DNA from: Candidatus Hydrogenedentota bacterium
GTDB lineage: Bacteria; Hydrogenedentota; Hydrogenedentia; Hydrogenedentales; SLHB01
Assembly (NCBI GenBank): GCA_963674865.2
Contig: CAXXYE010000009.1
Coordinates: 480,001-544,000 of the forward strand
Direction of reading: 5' to 3'
DNA length: 64,000 nucleotides
Positions within the stretch are counted from its first letter, which is position 1. Every line of letters starts with the position of its first letter. Under the pieces are notes generated by a model. It worked only from the letters and a program-made list of their open reading frames with translations, was not told the DNA's origin and made no database searches. Of the stretch, positions 29,311-38,932 are shown piece after piece. Position numbers and translations under genes: made by a program.

Positions 29311-29749
29311 TGCCTTGCCGGTTTTCCGAAGTGTCGAACAAACGCCTTCTGGGCCATGATAGCCCACGGAATGAAAGACCCGCAAGAAAAGGGCTTTTTC
29401 CGGTCATCGGCGGATAACTCGATCGCGCCGCGCACACGGTGCTCTAAGACGGCCCCATCTCTTGAGACGTGCTCACCAAACGGGTGAAGAAACGAATTTC
29501 GCTAATGTCTTTACTTCCAATGACTTGACGCGCGGCGCAATTGGCAAGCCGGCCACCGGGGCTCTTTCGGCGAGCGTCGGGCAACTCGACTGCGTTGCGC
29601 GACGGGCGACTCGGCCAGCGGGGGGTGATTGCCTGGGGCGTGAGGCCCCCAGTTCCGGCGTTTCCGCGCCGCACTTTCATCCTCGGCTCGCCTCAGTTTG
29701 TCCGCATTCGCGACACGATCTAGACTGTGCCATGGTCGAGGACATTTCA

Positions 29750-30598
29750 ATGAATCCTGAGAGCGGACACGCAAACCGCCCGGTCATCCGCGAGGTCGCC
29801 TGCAAGACGGTCTTGAATCGTTCGGCCATCAGTGATTACTCGCTGAATTGCTACACGGGGTGCGCCCATGCCTGCGCTTATTGCTATGCCCGGTTCATGC
29901 AGCGCTTTCACCCGCACGAAGAGCCGTGGGGCGCGTTTGTGGATGTGAAGGCCAATGCGCCGGATGCGCTCGCGCGCCAGTTGCGCCGCCTGCCTCCCGG
30001 CAATGTCTTCGTGAGTAGTGCCTGCGACGGCTGGCAACCTATCGAGCAGGAGCGACGCCTCACGCGTGAGTGTTGCCGTCTGCTGCTCGAACACGGCTTC
30101 AGGGTGAGTGCGCTCACCAAGAGCGCCGGAGTGGCGCGCGACTTTGATCTGTTTGCCGGGCGGAACGCCCGAATTGGCGTCACCATCACTACCCTCGACG
30201 AAGACCTCCGCCGTATCTGGGAGCCTCACGCGAGTAGCGTCGAGGAGCGGCTCGACGTCTTGCGCCGGGCCCGCACTGCGGGCATCGAAACCGCGGTTAT
30301 GTTCGGCCCCCTTCTGCCCTTTCTCTACGATGATCAGCGGGCCGTTAGCGCCCTTTTTGAAGAGGCGGCCGCCCTTGATGTGAATGTTATCTGGGTGGAC
30401 GGACTCAATCCTCGCCCGAAGGTGTGGGAGTCTCTTCGCAGATTATTGCTGGGGGAGCGTCCCGATCTCGTTGAGCGTTACCGCCGCATACTGTTCTCGC
30501 CGGCCGTCCGCCGCGCCTATCTAAGGGGCATTCGGGAGCGTGTCGACCGGGCCGCGCGGCGGTTCCACATGCTCGATCGGCTCGCGGGGTGTCCGTAA
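29750..30598 (+). CDS. Radical SAM protein, SplB/Rv2578c-like
   Basis: YSLNCYTGCAHACAYCYA (CxxxCxxC), SSACDGWQP.E, LTKS and WEPHASS..ERL. An alternative start is 29732. Confidence 0.88.
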   Translation: MNPESGHANRPVIREVACKTVLNRSAISDYSLNCYTGCAHACAYCYARFMQRFHPHEEPWGAFVDVKANAPDALARQLRRLPPGNVFVSSACDGWQPIEQERRLTRECCRLLLEHGFRVSALTKSAGVARDFDLFAGRNARIGVTITTLDEDLRRIWEPHASSVEERLDVLRRARTAGIETAVMFGPLLPFLYDDQRAVSALFEEAAALDVNVIWVDGLNPRPKVWESLRRLLLGERPDLVERYRRILFSPAVRRAYLRGIRERVDRAARRFHMLDRLAGCP

Positions 30599-30610
30599 GT
30601 TACGGCCGGT

Positions 30611-31222
30611 TCAGACGGCAAGGCCCGCATCGGACTTGGGCGTCGACGGCGTCGGTTCGGGCGCGTTGAGTTCCCGAACCTGATCCAGCACCTTGCGCAG
30701 ATTGCCGACGTCCGGAGAATCGGGCGCGAGTGCCGAAGCCGCGTCCAACTCGTCCCGGCAGCGCTCGATGAGTGGCGGGATACGCCACACCTGGCCGAGT
30801 TCAACGAGCAATAAGATCTGCCTGAGGCGAATCTTCGCCAAGCTCAGATGGCACCGCAATTCGAAGTATTTTGCCGAGCCGAACCGCTTGATTGGATTTT
30901 TTCCGCCGTTGCGGTTGAAGAGGTCAAGCGCCGTCTCGATTTCTCCCTGGGCTATCACCAGCGAAGGCGACTTCTTGAGCAGGTAGGACTCCCCGAGGTA
31001 GAGGTGTGCGCCTGCGTCATTCGGGCGTTCGAGCAGATGCGCCTTGAACTTGAGAATGGCCTCGTCGTACTGCGCCTCGAGATAGGCAAACTCTCCTTTG
31101 GAAAACAAGTCTTCTGTCTGCGCCTGCTTGCCGCAACCTCCCAACGTCGACGCGCAGAGGATGGCCGTCAGCAAAGCAACTCTGGCCGAGTGATACGCGA
31201 AGGCTCGCAATACGGCTTTCAC
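30611..31222 (-). CDS. TPR-like lipoprotein
   Basis: Lipobox LGGC and a TPR-like segment (AQYDEAILKFK...PNDAGAHLYLGESY). Confidence 0.7.
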   Translation of the reverse strand: MKAVLRAFAYHSARVALLTAILCASTLGGCGKQAQTEDLFSKGEFAYLEAQYDEAILKFKAHLLERPNDAGAHLYLGESYLLKKSPSLVIAQGEIETALDLFNRNGGKNPIKRFGSAKYFELRCHLSLAKIRLRQILLLVELGQVWRIPPLIERCRDELDAASALAPDSPDVGNLRKVLDQVRELNAPEPTPSTPKSDAGLAV

Positions 31223-31465
31223 TTGTTACCACCTTATGAAGGCTATCGCAACTTGTCGGTTTAGCCGGGCTGCCGCAGGCCTTGGAGTCCTGCCAGCGAG
31301 AACAGTCTGGCGGCAATGTCCCGGGATGCAGCTTCTCTAACGTTCGTTTGCCAGTCTACTGCCGGAACGGCCCGCGTAGCAAGATTGCGGAAGAAGCGCG
31401 ACGCCCGGCCCCTATGTGTTTCATGGAGGCATAGGAATCGGTAGGCTCCAGTAGGGGAATTCGAC

Positions 31466-31494
31466 TTGACAAAGGGGGGCTCCGGCGCTATAAT
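31466..31494 (+). promoter_or_regulatory. Consensus sigma70 promoter of the rex-hyd operon
   Basis: TTGACA-N17-TATAAT, a perfect match. Confidence 0.88.
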
Positions 31495-31496
31495 TC

Positions 31497-31514
31497 TTGT
31501 GAAATCCTTCACAG
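31497..31514. promoter_or_regulatory. Rex operator
   Basis: TTGTGAA-ATCC-TTCACAG matches TTGTGAA-N4-TTCACAA at 13/14 positions. It overlaps the predicted transcription start of rex, and a TTCACAA half-site follows at 31525-31531. Confidence 0.85.
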
Positions 31515-31555
31515 CGTTACTGTGTTCACAAGCATTATTTCATCGGAGAATCTCT

Positions 31556-32182
31556 GTGGCATCTGACAAGACTATAGGCCGCTTAAGTAGGTATAGAAGA
31601 ATACTTTACAGTCTTCAGGCATCCGGAAAAGCCAACGTGTATTCACACGAGCTTGCCAGACTTGCCCGTGGAACTGCGGCCCAAGTGCGACGGGATCTGA
31701 TGGTTCTTGGGTGCACAGGCAGCCCGACTCACGGCTATGACGTGGATTGCCTTATCGAGAGTGTCGCCCAGGTGCTGGACGCGCCGGAAGGGCAGCGGGT
31801 GGCTCTGGTGGGCATCGGCAACCTGGGCCGCGCCGTTCTCGCTTACTTCGTGGGGCGTCGGCCGAAACTTTCCATTGTGGCGGCGTTCGATAAGGATCCT
31901 CAGAAGGTTGAGCGCGTAACGCACGGATGCCCGTGCCTTCCGATGGATAGTCTGGGGAAGACCATTCGGGAGAAGTGCATTGAGGTGGGCATCATCACCG
32001 TGCCCGCGGGCGCCGCTCAGGAGGTTGCGGACACTTTGTGCGAGGCCGGAGTCATGGGCCTCTTGAACTTCGCGCCCGTCCGGCTTTGGGTGCCCTCGAC
32101 GGTTTATGTCGAGGACATCGACGTGACGATGTCGCTCGAGAAGGTTGCGTTTTTCGCCCGGCAAGTGAAGGCCGGTGCGTAG
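31556..32182 (+). CDS. rex: Redox-sensing transcriptional repressor Rex
   Basis: TIGRLSRYRR, S.ELA, AQVRRDL, G....GYDV, GIGNLGRA, FDKDP, AQEVAD and LNFAP. Confidence 0.95.
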   Translation: MASDKTIGRLSRYRRILYSLQASGKANVYSHELARLARGTAAQVRRDLMVLGCTGSPTHGYDVDCLIESVAQVLDAPEGQRVALVGIGNLGRAVLAYFVGRRPKLSIVAAFDKDPQKVERVTHGCPCLPMDSLGKTIREKCIEVGIITVPAGAAQEVADTLCEAGVMGLLNFAPVRLWVPSTVYVEDIDVTMSLEKVAFFARQVKAGA

Positions 32183-32198
32183 CAGAAGAGGTGACGAA

Positions 32199-32702
32199 AT
32201 GACGACGTGTGTAGACAACGACGCGGCGGAGGGCCTGGAGGCTATTCTGGCTGGGCATCCTGACGCCAAGAGGGACGAACTCATTCCCATCCTGCAGGAG
32301 GTGCAGGAAGTCCTAGGCTACCTATCCGGGGAAGCCATCGAGCGCATCGGCGAGCACCTTTCGCTTCCCACGAGCAAGGTGTACGGCGTGGCGACCTTCT
32401 ACAACCAGTTTCGATTCCAGCCGCGCGGGCGCTACCACATTCAAGTTTGCCGCGGAACGGCCTGTCACGTGAAGGGGTCCGCCTCTATCCTTGAGGCGTT
32501 GAAGCAAGAACTCGGCATCGAGCCGGGGCAGACCTCGAGGGATGGGGCATTCAGTCTTGAGGTGGTGGCCTGTATCGGGGCGTGCGGGTTGGCGCCGGTG
32601 ATCACGATCAATGGCGAGTTCTTCGCCAAACTGACGCCGAAGAAGACGCGCAGCTTGATAGCGGAGCATCGTGAAAGGGGCGACAACGATGAGCGCGACT
32701 GA
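32199..32702 (+). CDS. NuoE-like [2Fe-2S] subunit of the bifurcating hydrogenase (HydC/HndA)
   Basis: LIPILQEVQ..LGYL, GVATFYNQF, CRGTACHVKG and ACIGACGLAP. Confidence 0.93.
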   Translation: MTTCVDNDAAEGLEAILAGHPDAKRDELIPILQEVQEVLGYLSGEAIERIGEHLSLPTSKVYGVATFYNQFRFQPRGRYHIQVCRGTACHVKGSASILEALKQELGIEPGQTSRDGAFSLEVVACIGACGLAPVITINGEFFAKLTPKKTRSLIAEHRERGDNDERD

Positions 32703-34764
32703 CTACAAATGCTGCACGTCCTGCTGGCACAGTGCGGATAGGCCCTGTCCCGACCTTGTCGCGTGTCTCATCGAAGGGCCTCTCTGTCACGAGGATGAGG
32801 CATGCCGGCGTCAGCGCGTTGAGGCAATGGCGCAGTGCCGGCGCGAGGACGTGGTACGGCCGACCATCTTCATCGGTACGGGAACCTGCGGCCTTGGCGC
32901 GGGAGCGGGCAAGACTATGGCGGCTGTTCGGAAGTACCTGTCCGAGCATAATGTGAGCGCCGATATCGTCGAAGTCGGCTGTATCGGGCTATGTGCGGTC
33001 GAGCCCATCGTTGACATACAGCTTCCCGGACGTTGTCGCCTTGCTTTTCAGCAGATCACCGCGGACAAGGTCGACGAGCTTATGTCAGCGATGCTCAACG
33101 AGGAGGTCCCGGAAGGACTTGCCCTTGTCCAGCATCCCGGTGATGGCCTTGCGGCTTGGCCGAAGGTGCCCACTTTCTCCGAGCATCCTTTCTTTGCCCC
33201 GCAGATGCGGTGGGTTTTGGCGAACTGCGGAATTATCGATCCGGGTCGCATTGAGGAGTATGTCGCCCGTGGCGGATATGCGGCATTGGCCGCTGCTATT
33301 GGCGGAAAGACCCGGGAAGACGTTTGCAGCGAGGTGGAGGCAAGCGGATTGCGCGGCCGCGGCGGCGGCGGCTTCCCCACGGGGAGGAAATGGAAATTCG
33401 CCCTCAACGCCACCGGCGACACGAAGTACCTTATCTGCAATGCCGATGAGGGCGATCCCGGGGCGTTCATGGACAGGGCCGTCATCGAAGGCGATCCTCA
33501 CCGGCTTATCGAAGGTATGGGCATCGCCGCTTATGCCATCGGCGCCGAGAAGGCCTATGTCTACATTCGCGCTGAGTATCCTCTTGCCATTCGCAGACTG
33601 AGGGAGGCAATCGCTCAGGCCAAGGCATATGGATTCCTGGGGCGCAATGTCCTGGATAGCGGCTTTTGCCTAGACATCGTCATCAAGGAGGGCGCCGGCG
33701 CTTTCGTGTGCGGCGAGGAAACCGCCCTAATCAACAGCGTCGAGGGTAGGCGCGGCATGCCGCGGCCAAGGCCGCCGTTCCCGGCTGTTGCCGGCTTGTT
33801 CGGTAAGCCCACGATCATCAATAACGTCGAGACGCTGTCCAACCTACCCGGGATCATCGCCAACGGCGCCGCATGGTTTTCCGCCGTCGGTACCGAAACC
33901 AGCAAGGGCTCCAAGGTTTTTGCCCTCTCGGGCAAGGTCGCCCGCACCGGCCTCGTAGAGGTCGCCATGGGCACCAGCGTTCGCGAGATTGTTTTCGACA
34001 TCGGCGGCGGCATCCCCGACGGCAAAGCGTTCAAAGCCGTTCAGATCGGCGGCCCGTCCGGCGGCTGCATACCCGATCAGCACGTTGACGTCGCGATTGA
34101 CTATGAGTCTCTAAAGACCGTCGGCGCCATGATGGGATCGGGTGGCCTCGTTGTGATGGACGAGGAAACCTGTATGGTCGATGTGGCCAAGTTCTTCATG
34201 GACTTCATCCAGCGGGAGAGCTGCGGCAAGTGCATTCCCTGCCGGGAGGGCACGCTGCGCATGCTCGAGATCCTGCAGAGCATCACCCGTGGGCGTCGCC
34301 ATGAAACCGGCTCCCAAGCCCTCGAGCGCTTCATGGGCGTCATGTATCTCACCCGGCTCGCCAAGGTTATCAAGGACACGAGCCTTTGCGGACTTGGCCA
34401 GACGGCGCCCAATCCCGTACTTAGCACCCTCCGCTGGTTCCGCGATGAATACGAGGCGCATATCTACGAGCGCCGGTGCCCGGCGGGCGTCTGCCCTGAG
34501 TTGAGAAGCTTTGTGATTGATGTCGATGCGTGCATCGGCTGCACGCTTTGCGCTCAGAAGTGCCCGGCGGGCGCCATCGTCGGCGAGCGCAAGAAGGCGC
34601 ACTATGTCTTCACCGACAAGTGCATCGGCTGCGGCGCCTGCGCGGATGTGTGTCCGAAGGCGGCGGTCAAACTTGCTCCGCCCCCCGAACCCGTCACGCG
34701 CATAGCGGCTCCGATGTCCAAAGCTCAGACGGTGTCCGTACAGACGGCCGCCGGCGAGGAGTAA
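32689..34764 (+). CDS. NuoF-like FMN/NAD subunit of the bifurcating hydrogenase (HydB)
   Basis: Thioredoxin-like 2Fe-2S N-domain (GTGTCG..AG; VGCIGLC..EP), GLRGRGGGGFPTG.KW, NADEGDPGAFMDR, GAFVCGEETAL, ESCGKCIPCREG and a C-terminal 2x[4Fe-4S] domain. Confidence 0.93.
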   Translation: MSATDYKCCTSCWHSADRPCPDLVACLIEGPLCHEDEACRRQRVEAMAQCRREDVVRPTIFIGTGTCGLGAGAGKTMAAVRKYLSEHNVSADIVEVGCIGLCAVEPIVDIQLPGRCRLAFQQITADKVDELMSAMLNEEVPEGLALVQHPGDGLAAWPKVPTFSEHPFFAPQMRWVLANCGIIDPGRIEEYVARGGYAALAAAIGGKTREDVCSEVEASGLRGRGGGGFPTGRKWKFALNATGDTKYLICNADEGDPGAFMDRAVIEGDPHRLIEGMGIAAYAIGAEKAYVYIRAEYPLAIRRLREAIAQAKAYGFLGRNVLDSGFCLDIVIKEGAGAFVCGEETALINSVEGRRGMPRPRPPFPAVAGLFGKPTIINNVETLSNLPGIIANGAAWFSAVGTETSKGSKVFALSGKVARTGLVEVAMGTSVREIVFDIGGGIPDGKAFKAVQIGGPSGGCIPDQHVDVAIDYESLKTVGAMMGSGGLVVMDEETCMVDVAKFFMDFIQRESCGKCIPCREGTLRMLEILQSITRGRRHETGSQALERFMGVMYLTRLAKVIKDTSLCGLGQTAPNPVLSTLRWFRDEYEAHIYERRCPAGVCPELRSFVIDVDACIGCTLCAQKCPAGAIVGERKKAHYVFTDKCIGCGACADVCPKAAVKLAPPPEPVTRIAAPMSKAQTVSVQTAAGEE

Positions 34765-34772
34765 CCGCGACC

Positions 34773-36494
34773 ATGATCACCATTGAGGCAAACGGAAGAC
34801 AGATTGAGGCTAAGCGCGGCGAGATGCTGCTGTCGGCCCTTCGCCGGGCGGGCATCAAGGTGCCTACCCTCTGTCACATCGACGGCCTGCCGCCCACCGG
34901 GGCCTGCCGAATGTGCGTCGTCGAGATCGAAGGACAGGCGAACCTGGTTCCCAGTTGCGCCTATCCGGTGCAAGAAGGCATGAAGATCCAGACGCATTCG
35001 CCCAGAGCGCTTCGTGCACGCAAGACCGTCGTCGAACTCCTCCTGGCCAACCATCCCGACGACTGCCTCTACTGCGTGCGCAGCGGCAATTGCGAACTCC
35101 AGCGGCTTGCCGAGGAACTCGGCGTGCGCCAGCGCCGGTACGTCGGCATCAAGAATGACTACAAAGAGGATACGTCGAGCCCGTCCATCATCCGCGATCC
35201 GGCCAAGTGCATTCTTTGCGGCAAGTGCGTTCGCGTATGCGAAGAGATCCAGAACGTCTCGGCCATTGACTTCGTCGGGCGGGGCAGCAAGAGCTGCGTG
35301 GGTACGGCATTCAATCAGGGGTTGAACGTATCGAGCTGCATCAATTGCGGCCAGTGCGTCATGGTTTGCCCGACGGGGGCACTCCGTGAGCAGAGCAATA
35401 TCAAGGAAGTCTTGAACGCCATTCGCGATCCCGAGATGTACGTTGTTGCGCAGCACGCCCCAAGCGTCTCGGTCACTCTCGGCGAGGAATTCGGCGTCAA
35501 AGCCGGCACGGATGTGGTGGGCAAACTCACGGCCGCTCTCAGGCAGCTGGGATTCGACCGCGTCTTCGATACGGCCTTTGCCGCCGACCTCACCATCATG
35601 GAGGAGGCATCGGAACTCGTCGAGCGCGTTAAGCAGAACGGGCCTCTGCCCATGATGACAAGTTGTTCGCCGGGCTGGATCAAGTACGTTGAGGAGTTCC
35701 ATCCCGACTTCATTGATCATCTCTCCACCTGCAAGAGCCCGCAGCAGATGCTCGGCGCGGTGATCAAGAGCTACTTCGCCCAACGGGAAGGTATTGACCC
35801 GAAGAAGATTTTCAGCGTCTCCATCATGCCCTGCACGGCGAAAAAGTTCGAAGCGGGCCGGGCCGAGATGATCGAGAACGGCATCGCGGACGTGGACGCC
35901 GTGATCACCACACGTGAACTCGCCCGGATCCTTCACACGCACGGCATCGACCTTCAGGCCCTTCCTGCGGAAGACGCCGACACGCCGTTCGGTGAGCGAA
36001 GCACCGCCGGCAAGCTCTTCGGCGCAACCGGAGGCGTCATGGAAGCGGCTATCCGTACCGCCCACTACCTCCTCACGGGAGAAGAGCTTGCTGAACTCAA
36101 GGTGAAGGCCGTTCGCGGACTCGACGGCATCAAGGAGGCCCGCGTACGTATCGGCGACCTGAAGCTCGGTGTCGCGGTGGCCAGTGGCTTGGCTAACGCC
36201 GCCCGCCTTCTCGAGGACGTGCGCGCCGGGAAGCGGGATCTGCACTTCATCGAGGTAATGACCTGTCCCGGCGGCTGCATAGCCGGTGGCGGGCAGCCTT
36301 ACTACACGGACCTCGACGCCGTTCGCGCGCGGATGCAGGCCCTGTATAAGATCGACAGGAAGGAGCGCGTACGCGTCTCGCATAGCAACACCGCCGTGCA
36401 GAGGCTCTACGATGAGTACCTCGGCGAACCTCTGAGCGAGCGCAGCCATCACTTGCTGCACACCCACTACGCCAAGCGGGAAGTCATGGTGTAA
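34773..36494 (+). CDS. hydA: [FeFe]-hydrogenase catalytic subunit, group A (NADH-linked trimeric type)
   Basis: 2Fe-2S, His-ligated 4Fe-4S and 2x4Fe-4S N-domains. H-cluster motifs TSCSPGW, MPCTAKKFE and EVMTCPGGCIAGGGQP; the C-terminus ends LLHTHY. Confidence 0.96.
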   Translation: MITIEANGRQIEAKRGEMLLSALRRAGIKVPTLCHIDGLPPTGACRMCVVEIEGQANLVPSCAYPVQEGMKIQTHSPRALRARKTVVELLLANHPDDCLYCVRSGNCELQRLAEELGVRQRRYVGIKNDYKEDTSSPSIIRDPAKCILCGKCVRVCEEIQNVSAIDFVGRGSKSCVGTAFNQGLNVSSCINCGQCVMVCPTGALREQSNIKEVLNAIRDPEMYVVAQHAPSVSVTLGEEFGVKAGTDVVGKLTAALRQLGFDRVFDTAFAADLTIMEEASELVERVKQNGPLPMMTSCSPGWIKYVEEFHPDFIDHLSTCKSPQQMLGAVIKSYFAQREGIDPKKIFSVSIMPCTAKKFEAGRAEMIENGIADVDAVITTRELARILHTHGIDLQALPAEDADTPFGERSTAGKLFGATGGVMEAAIRTAHYLLTGEELAELKVKAVRGLDGIKEARVRIGDLKLGVAVASGLANAARLLEDVRAGKRDLHFIEVMTCPGGCIAGGGQPYYTDLDAVRARMQALYKIDRKERVRVSHSNTAVQRLYDEYLGEPLSERSHHLLHTHYAKREVMV

Positions 36495-36504
36495 AGGAGG
36501 CCAC

Positions 36505-38535
36505 GTGAAGCGCGCGGATGAGAGACCTCTTGTCAGCACCATTAAGGAGCGGTGTCGCTGCTGCTACACCTGTGTCCGTGAGTGCCCGGCCAAGGCCATC
36601 CGCGTTACCGAGGGGCAAGCGGAGGTCCTGCCGGAACGCTGTATCGGCTGCGGGAACTGCGTCCGAGTATGCAGCCAGCATGCCAAGGAGGTGCTGAGTT
36701 CGACGGATGATGTATCGCGTCTCCTTGCCGGTGAGAGCCGGGTCGCGGCCTGTATTGCGCCGAGCTTCCCGACGGAATTCTACGACTACGACTACAAAGA
36801 ACTTGTGGGGATGATTCGCTCCCTGGGTTTCGACTACGTCAACGAAGTGGGATTCGGCGCGGACTTAGTGGCCGATAGGTACCGGAAGTTGATCGCAGAC
36901 GATGCTGACGGGCGGTATATTGCCACCACTTGTCCGGCCGTTGTGAGTTTCGTCGAGCGATACCACCCTAATCTCGTCCAGTCCCTCGCGCCCATTGTAT
37001 CACCTATGGTGGCCATTGCCAGAGCCCTGCGTAGACTTCACGGAGATGACCTCAAGATCGTGTTCATCGGGCCGTGCATTGCCAAGAAGGGCGAAGCGCT
37101 TACAACACAGGTCGAAGATGAGGTAGACGCCGCCCTCACCTTCATCGAGCTGCGCGAAGTATTCCAGCGGGCGGCGGCTTCTCCCGAACGCGTCGAGCCG
37201 AGCGAGTTCGATCCGCCCTTTTCGGCCTACGGTACCTTGTTCCCCATCAGCCGAGGCCTGCTCCAGGCCGCCGAGATCAGAGAGGACCTCCTTGCCGGCG
37301 ACGTGGTTGTCGCGGACGGACGCGAGGACTTCGTGGACGCGCTCAAGGAATTCGCGTCAGGTGGTTTGGATGCGCGCCTTCTTGAGGTCCTTGCTTGTAA
37401 CGGCTGTATCATGGGGCCGGGCGTATCGAACAACGATCCGCTCTTCTGCCGCCGCAGCCGTGTCACCCAGCACGTTCGCGACCGCCTTGCCGAGATCGAC
37501 ATGAAGCAGTGGCGCGAGGACATGGCTCGGATGGCCGACCTGGATCTCAGCCGTGTCTTCGCGGCGGATGATCACCGTATCCCCCTGCCGTCCCATGAGG
37601 ACCTCGCCCGGATCATGACGGCCATGGGGAAGTTCAAGCTCGAGGACGAACTCAACTGCGGGGCCTGCGGCTACGATACCTGCCGGGAGCACGCGGTGGC
37701 CATCTTCAAGGGCCTTGCCGAAAGTGAAATGTGCCTGCCGTATGCCATCGAGCAGCTACGCACTACGGTTCAAGACTTGGCCGTGTCAAACGATGAACTC
37801 GCGCGTACGCAGGAGGCGTTAATGCAATCGGAGAAACTGGCCAGCATGGGCCAGTTGGCGGCCGGGATCGCCCATGAACTCAACAATCCTTTGGGCGTTG
37901 TCCTGATGTATGCCCATCTGCTCCGGGATGAGAAGGGCCAAGAGGAAGAGCTTCGCGACGACCTCAACCTGATCACGGAGCAGGCCGACCGCTGCAAGAA
38001 GATCGTTTCCGGCTTGCTGCACTTCGCCCGGCAGAATAAGGTCACGCTTGAAGTGACTGACGTGCGTACGCTCGTCGAGCAAAGCCTCCGGACTTTGTCT
38101 ATACCGGACAGCGTCCGTGTCGATGTGCGCCATGACGTGGACGATCCGATTATCTCCCTGGATCACGATCAGATCATGCAGGTGCTGACGAACCTCATGA
38201 CAAATGCGCTTGGCGCCATGCCGGAGGGAGGTGTCCTCACGGTGAGGTCCGAGTCCGATGGGGAGCGCGTTCGGTTGAGCGTGGGTGATACGGGCACTGG
38301 GATTCCCAAGGGAAACCTGAGCAAGGTGTTTGAGCCCTTCTTCACCACCAAAGAGATTGGCAAAGGAACCGGATTAGGATTGGCGGTGGCCTACGGTATT
38401 GTGAAGATGCACAGCGGGGACATACGGGTTGAGTCCAACGCGGATCCCAACGCCGGCCCCACGGGCACGACGTTTACCGTGACGCTCCCGAGAAGAATGG
38501 AGAAGACAGCCGGCAACGGCGGGAAAAAGCCATGA
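36505..38535 (+). CDS. HydS-like sensory [FeFe]-hydrogenase domain fused to a histidine kinase
   Basis: 2x[4Fe-4S], divergent H-domain motifs ATTCPAV, GPCIAKKGE and EVLACNGCIMGPG, and FeS motif LNCGACGYDTC...C. These are followed by HisKA (GIAHELNNPL) and HATPase (NLMTNA, DTGTGI, FFTTK, GTGLGL). SD AAGGAGG. Confidence 0.9.
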   Translation: MKRADERPLVSTIKERCRCCYTCVRECPAKAIRVTEGQAEVLPERCIGCGNCVRVCSQHAKEVLSSTDDVSRLLAGESRVAACIAPSFPTEFYDYDYKELVGMIRSLGFDYVNEVGFGADLVADRYRKLIADDADGRYIATTCPAVVSFVERYHPNLVQSLAPIVSPMVAIARALRRLHGDDLKIVFIGPCIAKKGEALTTQVEDEVDAALTFIELREVFQRAAASPERVEPSEFDPPFSAYGTLFPISRGLLQAAEIREDLLAGDVVVADGREDFVDALKEFASGGLDARLLEVLACNGCIMGPGVSNNDPLFCRRSRVTQHVRDRLAEIDMKQWREDMARMADLDLSRVFAADDHRIPLPSHEDLARIMTAMGKFKLEDELNCGACGYDTCREHAVAIFKGLAESEMCLPYAIEQLRTTVQDLAVSNDELARTQEALMQSEKLASMGQLAAGIAHELNNPLGVVLMYAHLLRDEKGQEEELRDDLNLITEQADRCKKIVSGLLHFARQNKVTLEVTDVRTLVEQSLRTLSIPDSVRVDVRHDVDDPIISLDHDQIMQVLTNLMTNALGAMPEGGVLTVRSESDGERVRLSVGDTGTGIPKGNLSKVFEPFFTTKEIGKGTGLGLAVAYGIVKMHSGDIRVESNADPNAGPTGTTFTVTLPRRMEKTAGNGGKKP

Positions 38536-38927
38536 GCACAAAGGGAACGACGATACTTCTGGTAGACGATGACGAGGATTTCATCTTCCAGCAAAAGGTG
38601 CAACTCGAGGCGGCCGGTTTCGGCGTTGTAACGGCACCGGGCCGGAAGGAGGCGCTTGAATTGCTCACGTCGACGCGTCCGGACTTGGCGGTCTTGGATC
38701 TTATGATGGAAGACGTGGACGCGGGCTTCACGCTCTGCTACGAACTCAAGAAGATGTATCCCGATCTGCCCGTCATCCTGGTGACGGGCGTCACCAGCGA
38801 AACGGGACTCGAGTTTGACGCCGCCACCGACGAGGAACGCTCGTGGGTGAAGGCGGATGTCCTGCTGGACAAGCCTATCCGGTTTGAACAACTGGCACGT
38901 GAGATCAACCGGCTGCTAGGGAGCTGA
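38532..38927 (+). CDS. Stand-alone response regulator receiver
   Basis: ILLVDDDED, PDLAVLDLMM, LVTG and DKP. The ATGA overlap couples it to the kinase. Confidence 0.9.
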   Translation: MSTKGTTILLVDDDEDFIFQQKVQLEAAGFGVVTAPGRKEALELLTSTRPDLAVLDLMMEDVDAGFTLCYELKKMYPDLPVILVTGVTSETGLEFDAATDEERSWVKADVLLDKPIRFEQLAREINRLLGS

Positions 38928-38932
38928 GTACA

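Noticed and set aside
29535..29640. Resemblance to a ZTP (pfl) riboswitch (UGGC, CCACCGGGG, GCCUGGG)
   Set aside because: The P1 3' strand and the P3 stem do not form as in the consensus, and the downstream gene is not purine or folate related.
34725..36542. 605-aa minus-strand ORF, and other long antisense ORFs such as 6602-7813, 38738-40045, 41371-42720 and 3025-4215
   Set aside because: These are shadow frames opposite well-supported genes, typical of high-GC DNA, with no recognisable motifs.
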